DNA of 64,000 nucleotides from Octopus vulgaris. Its lineage: Eukaryota. The notes beneath the pieces are model-generated. The model did no database searches. It was not told the origin of the DNA and saw nothing but the letters and a program-made list of their open reading frames with translations. Made by a program: the position numbers and the translations under genes. This document shows positions 1 through 12,785 of the stretch, piece after piece (the first letter of the stretch is position 1; each line of letters opens with the position of its first letter). The stretch spans positions 180,172,001 to 180,236,000 of the forward strand of contig OX597815.1 of assembly GCA_951406725.2 (NCBI GenBank), read 5' to 3'.

Positions 1-107
1 TACTAAATTCTTTATTATATTTAAAGTAATTGAAAGAAACACAGAGTATCTCAACAGAAATGTGGTAACGAAAGGGTTAAAATATATAATAGAGAAACAA
101 TTCTTAA

Positions 108-329
108 CCCTTTTGATACCAACCCAGCTGAAACCGGCTCTGGCTCTGAAATACAAATGTTTTGTTTCCATAAGTTTTGAATTAAAATCTTCCACCAAAC
201 CTTAGTCACAATTTATGTTCCTAACACTAGCTTAATGATAACTTCGTTATTTTACTAAATTCTTTATTATATTTTAAAGTAATTGAAAGAAACACAGGGC
301 ATCTCAAAATAAATACGGTAACGAAAGGG
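108..329. mobile_element. piggyBac-like MITE (~220 bp)
   Basis: TTAA|CCCTTTTGATAC ... GTAACGAAAGGG|CTAA termini; near-identical copies at 1401-1621 and 1774-1993, right half at 1-76. Confidence 0.8.
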
Positions 330-583
330 CTAAGCTCTATGTACAAATGCTTGTTGTTTTGGCAGCTACTCCAGAATGCTGAAGCAGTGCCCTGATGTCT
401 CCGTTCTCATGGCAGTTTAGAAGATGCAGATTTTATCTTCTTGAGTATAGTGCAATTATTTTCCCACTGTGATGGTCCATCCACAGATTGATACATGCCA
501 GTTACTTTGTCGTAGATTCCAGCAGTATGTCTCACCCAGTCCCAAGACCAACACAGAAAATACCATGTGCAATAAATAAAGCT

Positions 584-1026
584 TCTCTTTTACTTGTTTC
601 AGTCATTTGACTGCGGCCATGCTGGAGCACTGCCTTTAATCGAGCAACTCGACCCCGGGACTTATTCTTTTGTAAGCCCAGTACTTATTCTATTGGTCTC
701 TTTTGCCGAACTGCTAAGTAACGAGGATATAAACACACCAGCATCGGTTGTCAAGCAATGCTAGGTGGACAAGCACAGACACACAAACACACACACGCAT
801 ATATATATACATATATACGACGGGCTTCTTTTCAGTTTCCGTCTACGAAATCCACTCACAAGGCTTTGGTCGGCCCGAGGCTATAGTAGAAGACACTTGC
901 CTGAGGCTGTAGTAGAAGACACTTGCCCGAGGCTATAGTAGAAGACACTTGCCCAAGGTGCCACGCAGTGGGACTGAACCCGGAACCATGTGGTTGGTAA
1001 ACAAGCTACTTACCACACAGCCACTC
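584..1026 (-). mobile_element. tRNA-derived SINE, family 1 (CORE-like; resembles octopus SINEs)
   Basis: Minus strand reads GTGGCTGTGTGGTAAG (A-box)...GGTTCAGTCCC (B-box)...ACCTTGGGCAAGT...GAAACAAGTAAAAGA; internal ~28-bp triplication at ~873-955; many copies across the window. Confidence 0.85.
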
Positions 1027-1400
1027 GTTGTTATTATTTTCACATGCAACCCGAGAAAGACATTTTTGTTTTCCACCAACATCAAATATTAAGCACAATA
1101 CCTCACATTACAACCATTTTACATATAATTTACAACGTCGAATTAAATACAGTAGAACCTCACAGCATGAGTGTCCCATTGTCCAAGTAATTTGCTGTAT
1201 GAGCCAAGACTCATGCAAATTTTTGTCTTGAAATACGAGTGGAAATCCACAAGTACGAGCACACAAATCGTCCCATCTCTAAGGTAAATCAGTTAATAAA
1301 ACCTATTTACATATTCCTTATGCATTCTCTTTTTTATAATTGTCATTTTACTTGTAACTATACCTTTTCTGGTTTAAAACTCATAAAAATTTATTTTTAA

Positions 1401-1621
1401 CCCTCTTGATACCAACCCGGCTGAAACCACTTCTGGCTCTGAGTACAAATGTTTTGTTTTCATAAGTTTTGAATTAAAATCTTCCACCAAAACCTTAGTC
1501 ACAATTTATGTTCCTAACATCAGCTGAATGATAACTAAGTTATTTTACTAAATTCTTTGTTATATTTAAGTTAATTGAAAGAAATACAGAGCATCTCAAC
1601 AGAAATACAGTAATGAAAGGG
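1401..1621. mobile_element. piggyBac-like MITE
   Basis: TTAA on both flanks, CCC...GGG ends, same family as 108-329. Confidence 0.85.
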
Positions 1622-1773
1622 TTAAGAAAAAAAATAATCAGCAAAAGACATGAGAGAAGAAGACCTCAGTGTGGTCACTTTATATGTTAGAAATAATAGC
1701 CTAAATTTCCTTCAATCCACACCCTTCCAAATGCTTCTAATATACATCTGCCCAAATGTAGAGGTGTGTATAA

Positions 1774-1993
1774 CTCTTTTGATACTAACCCACCTGAAAC
1801 TGCCTCTGGCTCTGAGTACAAATGTCTTGTTTTCATAAGTTCTGAATTAAAATCTTCCACCAAACCTTAGTCACAATTTATGTTCCTAACACTAGCTTAA
1901 TGATAACTAAGTTATTTTACTAAATTCTTTGTTATATTTAAAGTAATTGAAAGAAACACAGAGTATCTCAACAGAAATGTGGTAATAAAAGGG
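1774..1993. mobile_element. piggyBac-like MITE
   Basis: Same family; ends AAAGGG|TTAA. Confidence 0.8.
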
Positions 1994-2682
1994 TTAAATG
2001 AACAACTGAAAATTATCCTGTCACCCCCCTTGAGAATATACCCTAGTACATTGTCACCATCACAGTAATGAAAGGGTTAAGTGGTTTTTTGGAGGTGAGA
2101 ACAGATTAATTATATTTTAGTTAATTTCAATGGAGAAAATTAATTTGCAAAACGAGTAAATCGTAAGACAAGCTCAGTCATAGAATGAATTGAACTCATA
2201 TTGTGAGGTATCACTGTAGCACACAGATCTAAATTTAAATCTTGCTCTAGTCAACTTTGTGTCTTATTCCTATGTGGTTACAGGTTTGGCTGTGAGCTTA
2301 AGAAGTTCACTTTACAAAAATATGGCTTGGGTTTAAAGCCCACTGAGCAACATCTTGGGAAAGTATTTTCTACAAGAAATCTAAGATCAATCAAAGCTTG
2401 AAAGTAAAATCTGTTACATGGAGACTGTGCTGAATCCCCCCCCAGGGAAACACTTCCTGTCCTCAGTTGAGAGACTAAAATCATTGCCATCTAGCACTGC
2501 CAGCAGAATTTGTTCTTTTGCAAACCTACTGACCAAAAACCATCTGATGACAACGTCCTTCCATTAATCTTGAAGGCTCTAAAAATTATGATGAGAACTG
2601 ATCTGCATTCGAATGCTTTTCTTGGTATATTGTTTTTATAAATTCTTTTAGATTTTTAACCAGCCTGTCTAAATTTAGATTA

Positions 2683-3085
2683 GGTGCAGGAGTGGCTGCG
2701 TGGTAAGTAGCTTGCTTATCAACCACATGGTTCAGGGTTCAGTCCCACTGCGTGGCACCTTGGGCAAGTGTCTTCTACTATAGCCTCAGACCAACCAAAA
2801 CCTTGTGAGTGGATTTGGTAGATGGAAACTGAAAGAAGCCCGTCGTATATATGTATATATATATATGTGTGTGTGTGTGTCTATGCTTGTGTGTCTGTGT
2901 TTGTCCCCCCACCATCGCTTGACAACCGATGCTGGTGTGTTTACATCCCCGTAATTTAATGGTTCGGCAAAAGAGACTGATAGAATAAGTACTAGGCTTA
3001 CAAAGAATAAGTCTTGGGGTTGATTTGCGTGACTAAATGTGGTGCTCCAGCATGGCTACAGTCAAATGACTGAAACAAATAACAG
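2683..3085 (+). mobile_element. tRNA-derived SINE, family 1
   Basis: GCAGGAGTGGCTGCGTGGTAAG head, GGTTCAGTCCC B-box, internal (TA)/(TG) tract, 3' GACTGAAACAA. Confidence 0.85.
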
Positions 3086-3689
3086 AATAATGATTAATGA
3101 TAATATGTAATAAGATCAAATTATTATTTATAATGAATATTTCCATTACTGTTGTCATTGTCATCATTTTAATGTCCACTTTTCTATGCTTACATAAGTC
3201 AGATGGAATCTTTTGAGTCAGATGGAATCTATGCCCTGATACCTCCACCTGATGCCAACCCTCACCTGTTTCCATCAAAGGTAATATTTCTCCTTGGCAC
3301 AACATGGCTTTATAAAGAACTGAAAATGAATGAAACTGTTTGTATGAGTGACACCAGCTTACAACTATCACATGATACCAAGGCAAGGAAACACACATAC
3401 ACTACAGGCTTCTTTCAGTTTCTCTATACCAAATCCACTCACAAGGCTTTGATCAGCTGGGTATATTGGTAAATGACTCTTTCCCCATCGTGCCCCACAA
3501 TGGAACTGAACCCCACAAGGCTTTGATCAGCTGGGTATATTGGTAAATGACTCATTCCCCATGGTACCCCACAATGGATCTGAACCCCAGACTGTGTGGT
3601 TGGTTAGCCAGCACCAACATTTTCTTCACATTAAATTGAAATGATAAAAATTTATATCTTTGCACAATATTTCTAAAATATTGGTTTAG

Positions 3690-4110
3690 AAAATTAAGGT
3701 GGAAGGAAACATTTCTTTGCTAAAGAAACTTTGTATTGTTATCATGTGAAATACTTTCTAGAATTCTTTGGCAGGAAGAACTAATCTACTGTAAAATATA
3801 AAAGGTGTAACTAAATAAGGTGGAGTTTTATACAAAGCAAATAACAGAGATGCTGTTAACTGATTCTTCAAAGAGAAGCATGAAAGCAGTGTTATTGCAT
3901 AATAGACCATTTGTATCCAGCAAGCTGATAGAATATTCTGTGCAGATGTCTGAAACAAATGAAAGCTTGGAACTCTGCTAAAAATATCGAATTATCTTGG
4001 GTACAATTCATTGGTCTGTGGTTAATCTTAAAGTAATGGCACTCAGACTTCAAGGTGTTTATACAAACTAACCATGTTCTCTATGTCTGCAGAGTGGCTG
4101 ACTCACGCAT
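3690..4110 (+). pseudogene. Degraded DNA transposase fragment, Chapaev3-type (CMC)
   Basis: Manual translation from 3850: LLTDSSKRSMKAVLLHN..YSVQMSETNESLEL, then (frameshifted) NY..VCG.LKVM..LQGVYT.*PCSLCL, matching the recalled 'FIDSSKRSLKAVLLHN...CGDLKV..LQGGYTKYPCFLC' motif string; family name from memory. Confidence 0.7.
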
Positions 4111-5727
4111 TGGGAACCTAGAAATTTTTACAAGGATTTTGGAATGTTATTACAGTTCTAGTAGATCGAAGAACAGTTATACAAAATGTTTTCCATTAAT
4201 TTACGAAGTAGAAAAAAGATTTATAAAAGGCTTTCCATATTAATTATATTATATTATTTGTATTATCAAACAAAAAGAGGCAGTTTTGCTGGACCACAAA
4301 TTTGAGAACTGATAAAAGTGTATCTTAGACTCCATTATCTGATGTATCAGAGGATGGTAAGTTGTGATATGAGAATAATTTGACTGCTATTTCTAACAGG
4401 TTGTACGACCACTTTGTAGCTTTTTCATTGGTTCCTCTTGGTAGATGAAGGTTAAACAAATATAGGTTTTTCTACATGGTAAAGATAGTAACCAAATTTT
4501 CCTTGAATTACACACTGACATCTTGAAAAGAGATGGTTATATTGGATAACGTAATCTTAGGTATGCAATGCCTGAAAGAAAGACCAGCTAGCTATAACAG
4601 AAATCTTCAATCTGCTTAGTCAAGGCTGACCTTAACTAAACAACAACTTACTAACTACAACTTCAAAACGATTTTAAAAATAAAAATCTTGGTAAATATA
4701 AAGACCATCTTAAGAGTATTTTTGAACATCACACCATCTCTAATCTCTGCTACACACTTTCGGTTTTAAAATAAAACTTTCCATTAAAATTCCATGTCAA
4801 CTTATGTTCAAAACATCAGTTTAATAATGGCTTCAAAATTTTCGCACAAGGCCAGCAATTTCGAGGCAGGGGTTAAGTCGATTACGTCAACCCCAGTGTG
4901 TAACTGGTACTTATTTTATTCTTTTCTACTCTAGGCACAAGGCCCGAAATTTTGTGGGGAGAGAGCCAGTCAATTAGATCAACCCCAGTATGCAACTGGT
5001 ACTTGATTTATCAACCCTGAAAGGCAAAGACAATTCCAGTGGCATTTGAATTTAAAATGTAATGATGGAAAGAATGCTGCTAAGAATTTTTTCTAGCATC
5101 TTAATGCATTCTGCCAGCTCACTGCCAGCATCAGGTTAATAATGACAAATTTTGCTACATGCTTCTTTGTTTTCCAAATTAACTGAAAAAAAAAAAAAGA
5201 TATAACAACTGTATTTCAACAGAAATATAGTAACAAAGAGTTCATATGGTGGTTAATTATGTCTGCTGGTTGAAATGAGAAAAGTTGTATGTAATATATA
5301 CATGAAATTCAAAACGAGAAATATCTCTAAGGAATTTCAAAATGTAATTGAGTTTTATTTTTACTTTTCTGCTATAAATATAATTTCGTAGTGAATATTT
5401 CTTTTGAAATTCTAATCTAACATAATGGAAAATTAATGAACAGAAGGGATATTTCAAATTTCAATTTTTATTTTTTATGTCGAGAAGTTCCAAAATTAAG
5501 ACCAGCATATAAAATAAGAAAAATTGGACAATTTCTATAATAAAAATTGGTACCTAAGGATGAATTCAATGAGTTTATTTCTCCTAAAAGTAATGTTTTA
5601 CATTTATACTGGAAGAGAATGGGATGTAGTGATGTTCATACATTTCCAAAAGACATTCACAAAGTGTAATCATCATCATCTGTTTTCCATGCTGGCATGA
5701 ATTGGATGGTTTAACAGGAGCTAGTAA

Positions 5728-5992
5728 GGCAGCGAGCTGGCAGAATCATTAGCACACCGGGCGAAATGCTTAGCAGTATTTCATTTGTCGCTACGTTCTG
5801 AGTTCAAATTCCGCCGAAGTCAACTTTGCCTTTCATCCTTTCGGGGTCGATTAAATAAGTACCAGTTATGTACTGGGGTCGATTAAATAAGTACCAGTTA
5901 CGTACTGGGGTCAATATAATTGACTTAATCCGTTTATCTGTCCTTGTTTGTCCCCTCTGTGTGTAGCCCCTTCTGGGCAGTAAAGAAATAAG
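5728..5992 (+). mobile_element. tRNA-derived SINE, family 2
   Basis: GCGAGCTGGCAGAATC head, GAGTTCAAATTCC B-box, TTTCATCCTTTCGGGGTCGA body; copies at 32078-32300 and 51006-51238 (minus), partial at ~61620-61750. Confidence 0.8.
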
Positions 5993-6831
5993 AATTAACA
6001 GGAGCTAGTAAGGCCAGGGACAATATGAGATTCCATTGCTTGTTTTGGCATGGTTTCTACAGCTGGATGCCCTTCCTAACGCCAGCCATTTTACAGAGGG
6101 TACAGGGAGCTTTTTATGTGGCACCAGCACTGATAGGGTCACCGAGTAACTTGTAAGACAAAAACCTCCTCAGCTGGGCAGGAGGAGTAATAGTGAAGGG
6201 AGTGGTGGTTCTGTGCCGTGTCCTGCTGTAAAGTAGATACATGGATACTCCTGTTGGAAAAGAAAGGAGGGTGAGTGGGTGGGTTAGAGTAAAAAGATAA
6301 AGGAAGTGGGTGAGTCAGTGAGGAAGATAAAGAGAGCAATAGTGAGAGATGATGGTGGCAAAGATGTGTTGGAGCATGCTCTCAAGGGACATTGGAGGTG
6401 GTGAGAATAAGCAGAGGTAACTAAGGCAAATGATGAAGTGAGATATTGGAGAGGCTCAGGGACAGGGGTTATGTGAGGGTTGTAGCAGATAGGTGTTACA
6501 CATGAGGGCGTTAATTTTAAATGAATCAGAAATGAGTTCCAGTATTCTTTGACTCAATGTCACTTTAATCTTTGTTCTAGAACCTTAATCTATAAGAAAC
6601 CAATCAATATTAAAAATACCGGCATTGTCTTTCCATTGTTGTATTATCAAACAAAATACCTGACAGAATTTTATTAGAGACATTTACATTCTAAATTCAA
6701 ATCCTATTGAAGTTGATTTTACTTTTCATCTTTCCAGGATTGATAAAATAAGTAGCAATCCAGTATGGAAGTCAATAAAATTAAAAGTTCTCTTTTGAAT
6801 TTCCGGCTTTGTATACCAAAATGAGAAATCA

Positions 6832-7182
6832 TTGTAGTAAAGATTGTTTGCCAACATAACATGGCAGTCCTGGTTTAGGACGAATGTTGCTGTAATTTAG
6901 CCCCAGGAGACATCGTCTCCAGCTGGCTATACAACACGATCTGTGTCCTTATATTTTTGAACAAGGGAATCTAGCGCCCCCACTCAGCTCAAAACAATAT
7001 CTGTGTATTGTGATTTCTGGGTTTGACTGAGTTGGGGTGCTAGATTCCCTTGTTCGAAAATATAAGGACACAGATTGTGTCATATAGCCAGCTGGAGACG
7101 ATGTCTCCTGGGGCTAAATTACAGCAACATTCGTCCTAAAACAGGACTGCCATGTTATGTTGGCAAACAATCTTTATTACAA
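6832..7182. repeat. Near-perfect ~350-bp palindrome (arms ~160 bp, spacer ~28 bp)
   Basis: 6832-6993 is the reverse complement of 7021-7182 with few mismatches. Confidence 0.95.
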
Positions 7183-8111
7183 AGTACTGTTGCTGAATAT
7201 CTCTCATTGTGAGATTTAAAAATAGTAATTTTCTAAGAAATCATTGTTTTGAAGTTGTAGTTAGTGAGTCATTGTTTAGCTAAGGTCAGGCTTGTCTGAG
7301 CAGACTGAAGATCAAAGGAATTCCTGTTGTAGCCAACTTGTCTTCCTCTCAATCATTGTGTATTGAAAATTATGTTATCCAATGTGACCGTTTCTTATTC
7401 AAGATGTCAGTGTGTAATTGAAGGAAGATTTGGTTACTATGTCTACCATGTAGAAGATCCTACATTTGTTGAACCCGCATCTATCAAGAAGAACCAGTGA
7501 AAGATCTAAGTAGTCATACAACCTGATAGAAATAGCAGCCAAATTGTCCTCAAATCAGTGGTAAAAAAAAATCTCAGAAGAGCCGAACAGCAGAAGGTCT
7601 TCAGAGAAGAAACCCCACTCAGGCAAGTGTTTCAGCCCTTAACTTCTTACATTCATTGGGGGGGGGGGGGCAAGCTGCATCCAGGTCATGACCCTAGGCT
7701 GCATCCAGGTCATGCCCTTCTGCTGATAATTTTTAATCACTTGTATATTGGAGACTTGTGCAATTTGGAGATTTCATCAGGTTGTAACTCTTCTCTATTT
7801 ATTTGGCTTTCAAGCTCATACGTACAGAAGGAACAACGTTGGTTGTCATGGTAGCAATGAAACATCAGTGGTATCACAACCACTCACTCAGAGTTACTTC
7901 CCTTGCAGAAATGCTTACCATCTTCACAAAGATACGACTCATCAGATAATGGAATCTAAGATACACTATGTCTAAATAACAGAGAAGATGGTCATGGCTG
8001 GAATACCCTTGGTCATAGGCATATGCTAACTGAGACTAGCCAAAAGATAAACACAAGAGAAAGCAACAACTCACCACCCCAAAAATCAAAAACCATCGAC
8101 TGTCATAGATA

Positions 8112-8510
8112 GGTGCAGGTGTGGCTGTGTGGTAAGAAGTTTGCTTCCTAACCACATAGTTCTGGGTTCAGTTCCACTGCATGGAACCTTGGGCAAGTGT
8201 CTTCTACTTTAGCCTCAGGCTGACCAAAGCCTTGTGAGTAGATTTGGTAGATGAAAACTGAAAGAAGCCTATTGTGAATGTATGTCTGTGTCTTTGTGTC
8301 TGTGTTTGTCCCCCATCACTGCTTGACAACCGGTGTTGGTATGTTTATATCCCTGTAACTTAGCAGTTTGGCAACAAAAAAAAACCAATAGAATAAGTAC
8401 CAGGCTTCAAGAAATGTGTGCTAGGATTGATTTATTCAATTCAAAATTCTTCAAAGCAGTGCCCCAGCATGACCGCAGTCTATTGACTTGAACAAGTAAA
8501 AGACTAAAGA
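8112..8510 (+). mobile_element. tRNA-derived SINE, family 1
   Basis: Full head, body and GTAAAAGA tail. Confidence 0.8.
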
Positions 8511-8616
8511 TAAAGAATGGAATATAAAAGAAAAATCATTAACAATCATAATTAACCCATTTTCTCAGTGTAATTTAAATTTCATAGCTTATTTGTTGTC
8601 AATGGCAACAAAAATA

Positions 8617-8714
8617 CAGTCGGCTGCAAAAGTGTACAGTTATGACAAAAAAAAAAGCATATAATATTCATTTTATAAAAAAAATTTTTAATTAGCCTCG
8701 TTTTTGATATTTTC

Positions 8715-8745
<31 letters not shown>

Positions 8746-9057
8746 ATTTATCATAACTATGATAATACTTTTATCATAACTTTTAATTTTTTTGATAAAA
8801 ATAAATAAGTATTGTATGTAGCATGGAATTTTGTCAGTGAACAGATCACGGTCCCAAAGCGACGAAAATATTTTGACAAATTAAATTTAAATGTTGAAGT
8901 GAATCTGTTTTTGCGTGTTTTTAAATGGCTTTTAAACACCTTCCACGCTGCAATTGTTTTTGTATGTATGCCACCTGCACAATGTCCCTTGAGGGCATGT
9001 TCCAACACATCTTTGTCACCATCAGCTGCCCTGGTAATGATCACACTCGGATGGTGC

Positions 9058-9088
<31 letters not shown>

Positions 9089-9680
9089 ATGATGATGATG
9101 ATGATATATATATATATATATAGCACCATCCGAGCGTGATCATTGCCAGGGCAGCTGACTAGCTCTTGTGCAGGTGGCATGTAAAAAACACCATTTGAGC
9201 ATGGTCCTTGTGCCGATGGCACATAAAAGCACCCACTACACTCTCGGAGTGGTTGGCATTAGGAAGGGCATCCAGCTGTAGAAACTCTGCCAGTTCAGAT
9301 TGGAACCTGGTGCAGCCATCTGGCTCGCCAGTCCTCAGTCAAACCATCCAACCCATGTCAGCATGGAAAGCGGACGTTAAATGATGATGATGATGATATA
9401 CATATATATGCAGCACAGAATTTTGTCAGTGAACAGGTTGTGGTCTCAAAGTGATGAAAATATTTTGACAAATTAAATTTAAATGTTGAAGTGAATCTAA
9501 CAGTTTTTGTATGTTTTTAAATGGCTTATAAACACCTTCCATGCTGCTGTTTGTTTTTGTTCCAGCACATGATCTCAGATCAGGTCACTTGCTATGCAAG
9601 TACATCTCCATAAAATATTGTATGAGTTTTCCTTTTTTATTTTTTTTTCATAAATGTATACCTACTTTTGCACCTCCCTG
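8617..9680. mobile_element. Tc1/mariner-like non-autonomous element with internal duplication and nested RTE-tail repeats
   Basis: TA|CAGTCGGCTGCAAAAGT ... ACTTTTGCACCTCCCTG|TA; ~8820-8960 repeated at ~9410-9560; RTE-tail copy at 9122-9395. Confidence 0.65.
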
Positions 9681-10569
9681 TATATTAGAAATACTTTTGC
9701 GTTAGCTAAAAATATCAAGTGACCTGCTACTAGAAAAATCACCTTGCAAAAACTGACAAAGTGGCCTTTTCCTTATATTCTTGAAAAAAAAAAAAAATCA
9801 GAAACAAAATTAGAAATGGAAGTTGCTGTTAACTTTTAAATAACAAATGGTATGAATCAGTTGTGAGAACCGTGGATTTCTCAGACAGGATGAGAATGGT
9901 AGAGAAATGATGCCACTCAGATTCCTCTTATTCCCATTTCCTTCTTCCTATTATTTTAACAACAGATTTCTATTTTAAGGCTACATCTTTCTTCTTTTGT
10001 TCTTTTACTTCTTTCGGTCATTAGACTACGGCCATGCTGGAGCACTACCATGAAGAATTCCAGTTGAATTTCAGTTTTCTCTTTTTAAACCTGGTCCTTA
10101 TTCTACTGATCTCTTTTGCTGAACTGCTAAGTTATGGGGACATAAACACAAGCACAACGAGCCACAAATATGTGCATATGTCCTTCTGTTTCCTTCTACC
10201 AAATCCAGTCACAAGGTTTTGGTCAGCCCAGGGCTATAGTAGAAGACACTTGCCCAAGGGGCCACACAGTGAGACTGTACCTGGAAGCATGTGATAGGGA
10301 GTTAAGCTTCTTGCCATGCAGCCATGCCTGTGCTTATAAAATCTTCATAGAAAGACAAAAAGTATAGAAAAGAAAAGAAAACAACCCACAGGCTATGTGG
10401 TTAAGAAGTTCACTTTAGAACTCTGTGGTTTCGGGTTCAATCCATGTATGAAGTACCTTGGGCAAAATATCTTTTATGATAACGCTAATCTGGTCAATGC
10501 TTTACTAATGAATTTGGTTGAATGGATCTGTATTACAAAAACCCATCATATGCACATACACACATATGT

Positions 10570-10653
10570 ATCACCATCATCATCATCATCGTCATCGTCA
10601 TCATCATCATCATCATCATCATTATCGTCATCATCATCATTGTCATTGTCATC

Positions 10654-10685
<32 letters not shown>

Positions 10686-10875
10686 CGTCATCGTCATCAT
10701 CACCATCATCATCATCATCATCGTCATCGTCATCATCATCATCATCATCATCATTATCGTCATCATCATCATTGTCATTGTCATCATCATCATCATCACC
10801 CTCATCATCATCATCATCATCGTCATCATCATCATCGCCATCATCCTAATCCTCATCACCATCATCATCATCATT
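10570..10875. repeat. Compound (CAT)n microsatellite, the probable expanded tail of the adjacent minus-strand RTE fragment
   Basis: ~300 bp CAT/CGT/CAC array with internal higher-order repeat. Confidence 0.9.
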
Positions 10876-11140
10876 TAGCATCTGCTTATATAGATATATC
10901 CCAGTATCGCAATATCTGCCAGACCATCAGATGCTGTCATACATCACTGGTCACAATACGCTTCCAATTCTGTTTTGATTGTGCCGTTCTTTTCCATCTG
11001 GACCCAAATTGCTTAACTAAACTCTCTTCCCATTGTTCTGGAGGCTTTCTAAGTGGCTATTTCCAATCTTTTGGATACCATTGAGCAACCACATGGATCC
11101 ACCTGTTGTCCATGAACCTCATGACACGTCTGGCCCAACA
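10876..11140 (-). pseudogene. RTE-clade LINE, 3' ORF fragment
   Basis: Minus translation WARRVMRFMDNRWIHVVAQWYPKDWK*PLRKPPEQWEE..WKRTAQSKQNWKR matches the RTE C-terminus (WAGHV.R..D.RW...W.P...RP..RW); followed by (GAT)n. Confidence 0.75.
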
Positions 11141-11144
11141 CATG

Positions 11145-11343
11145 CTTTCACTACACTACCAAGTGCAACTCTGTGTGCCTTGGGTATGTGCTGTGGTTTG
11201 TTGTGGTGCTCTTATTTTTGTTGTATTGAAAGTGTTTTACGTAAGATGTGTGCAGTGCCTAGTAGTGCAATTTTCTGTATGTTATATATACATGTTAGTC
11301 CTGGTGCTTTTGTTATGCATTTGTCTGAATGTTTGTTTAATCA
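11145..11343 (-). pseudogene. R4/Dong-clade LINE 3' end (C-terminus of restriction-like endonuclease)
   Basis: Minus translation ...APGLTCIYNIQKIALLGTAHILRKTLS; abuts an (ATT)n array. Confidence 0.7.
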
Positions 11344-11392
<49 letters not shown>

Positions 11393-11393
<1 letters not shown>

Positions 11394-11612
11394 TATGTTT
11401 GACTTTTGATTTACATTTGTACAAGTTGACTCCAAGTCTCACCCAGAAACCTCAAGAGACAACAAGTTGGAAGTTCGTGTTGGTGTTATGCCTAGGGTGC
11501 CATATATTTGGTTTTGTACATAGTGTTGTACTAGTGAATGTCTAAAAAACCATAGGAAAATTATGTTTGTTTTAAAACTTGAGATTACATAGAAAGTATT
11601 TTGCGTAGGATA
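11393..11612 (-). mobile_element. Second R4/Dong-like 3' fragment inside (ATT)n
   Basis: Minus strand ILRKILSM* then 3'UTR; (ATT)n on both sides (11343-11392, 11613-11741). Confidence 0.55.
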
Positions 11613-11622
11613 TTATTATATA

Positions 11623-11707
<85 letters not shown>

Positions 11708-11709
11708 TA

Positions 11710-11741
<32 letters not shown>

Positions 11742-12618
11742 TTGTAATTTACAAATCACACACTTTTCATATGCACAGCTTTTAAAATTTCACTTTCTTT
11801 TTCAAAGATTAATTCCGAGATATGATTTATCAGTTATCTACTTTCCTTTTCCACCAAACGTTATTCCTCGAATCAAAGCACACTCGAAATTAACGTGTTA
11901 CGTAGATATTCTTTGTTTTTAACCTATTTCTTCGTTATAATAAGGTTTACAGTGTGGAATGGTTTTATCAACTACAGTTATAGTTTTATATTTTTAGATT
12001 CCTTTTAATCATACATTATAAAGTTTTTGAGGTATCAATTTACTTTCGTTTGCTAAAATTTTCACACACTTATAGCAGCCTCTTCACTATTTTGCCTTCT
12101 CTTACGCTGTTCTCTTGTACCTTCTCTTCTCTGTATCTGTTCTTCGAGTCAAAATCACTGGAAGGTAATGTGATACAGTGTTTATTTTCAATCCTTTTAC
12201 CTCACAACAATGTTTTAACACTTCTGTTGCCTCATAGCCGTGCAATTCTTTACTCGGCTTATTCAGGAATAAGTGTTATCGGTACTTCTCTTTTGTTGAT
12301 TTCTGCTTTAAACAATTTCATTAAGGAAGTTTATGGCTGTGTTCTTGCTTTCCATTCCATCACATGTGGCCAAGACTAAAGAGGAGGATCACTTCCTGCA
12401 AGATAAATTTTGGCATTTTGAGTTTTTAATGTTTAGCACAGGTGCAGGTGTGGCTGTGTGGTAAGAAGCGTCCTTCCCAACCACACGTTTCCAGGTTCAG
12501 TTCCACCATGTATCACCTTGACCAAGAGTTTTCTACTACAGCTGCAGGCTGACCAGTCTTGAGTGTGGATTTAGTACATGAAATCTGAAAGAAGCTTATC
12601 ATACATATATACATACAT

Positions 12619-12698
<80 letters not shown>

Positions 12699-12700
12699 GT

Positions 12701-12784
<84 letters not shown>

Positions 12785-12785
<1 letters not shown>

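Noticed and set aside
1149-1265. Tigger/pogo-like left TIR (TA|CAGTAGAACCTC)
   Set aside because: No matching right TIR found; too little evidence to list as a feature.
2545-2580. Isolated CTGATGA (also at ~48637 and ~50591) as hammerheads
   Set aside because: No stem II + GAAA + NUH + stem I arrangement.
10397-11084. Poly-Ser, poly-His and poly-Ile ORFs
   Set aside because: Translations of a (CAT)n microsatellite in all frames.
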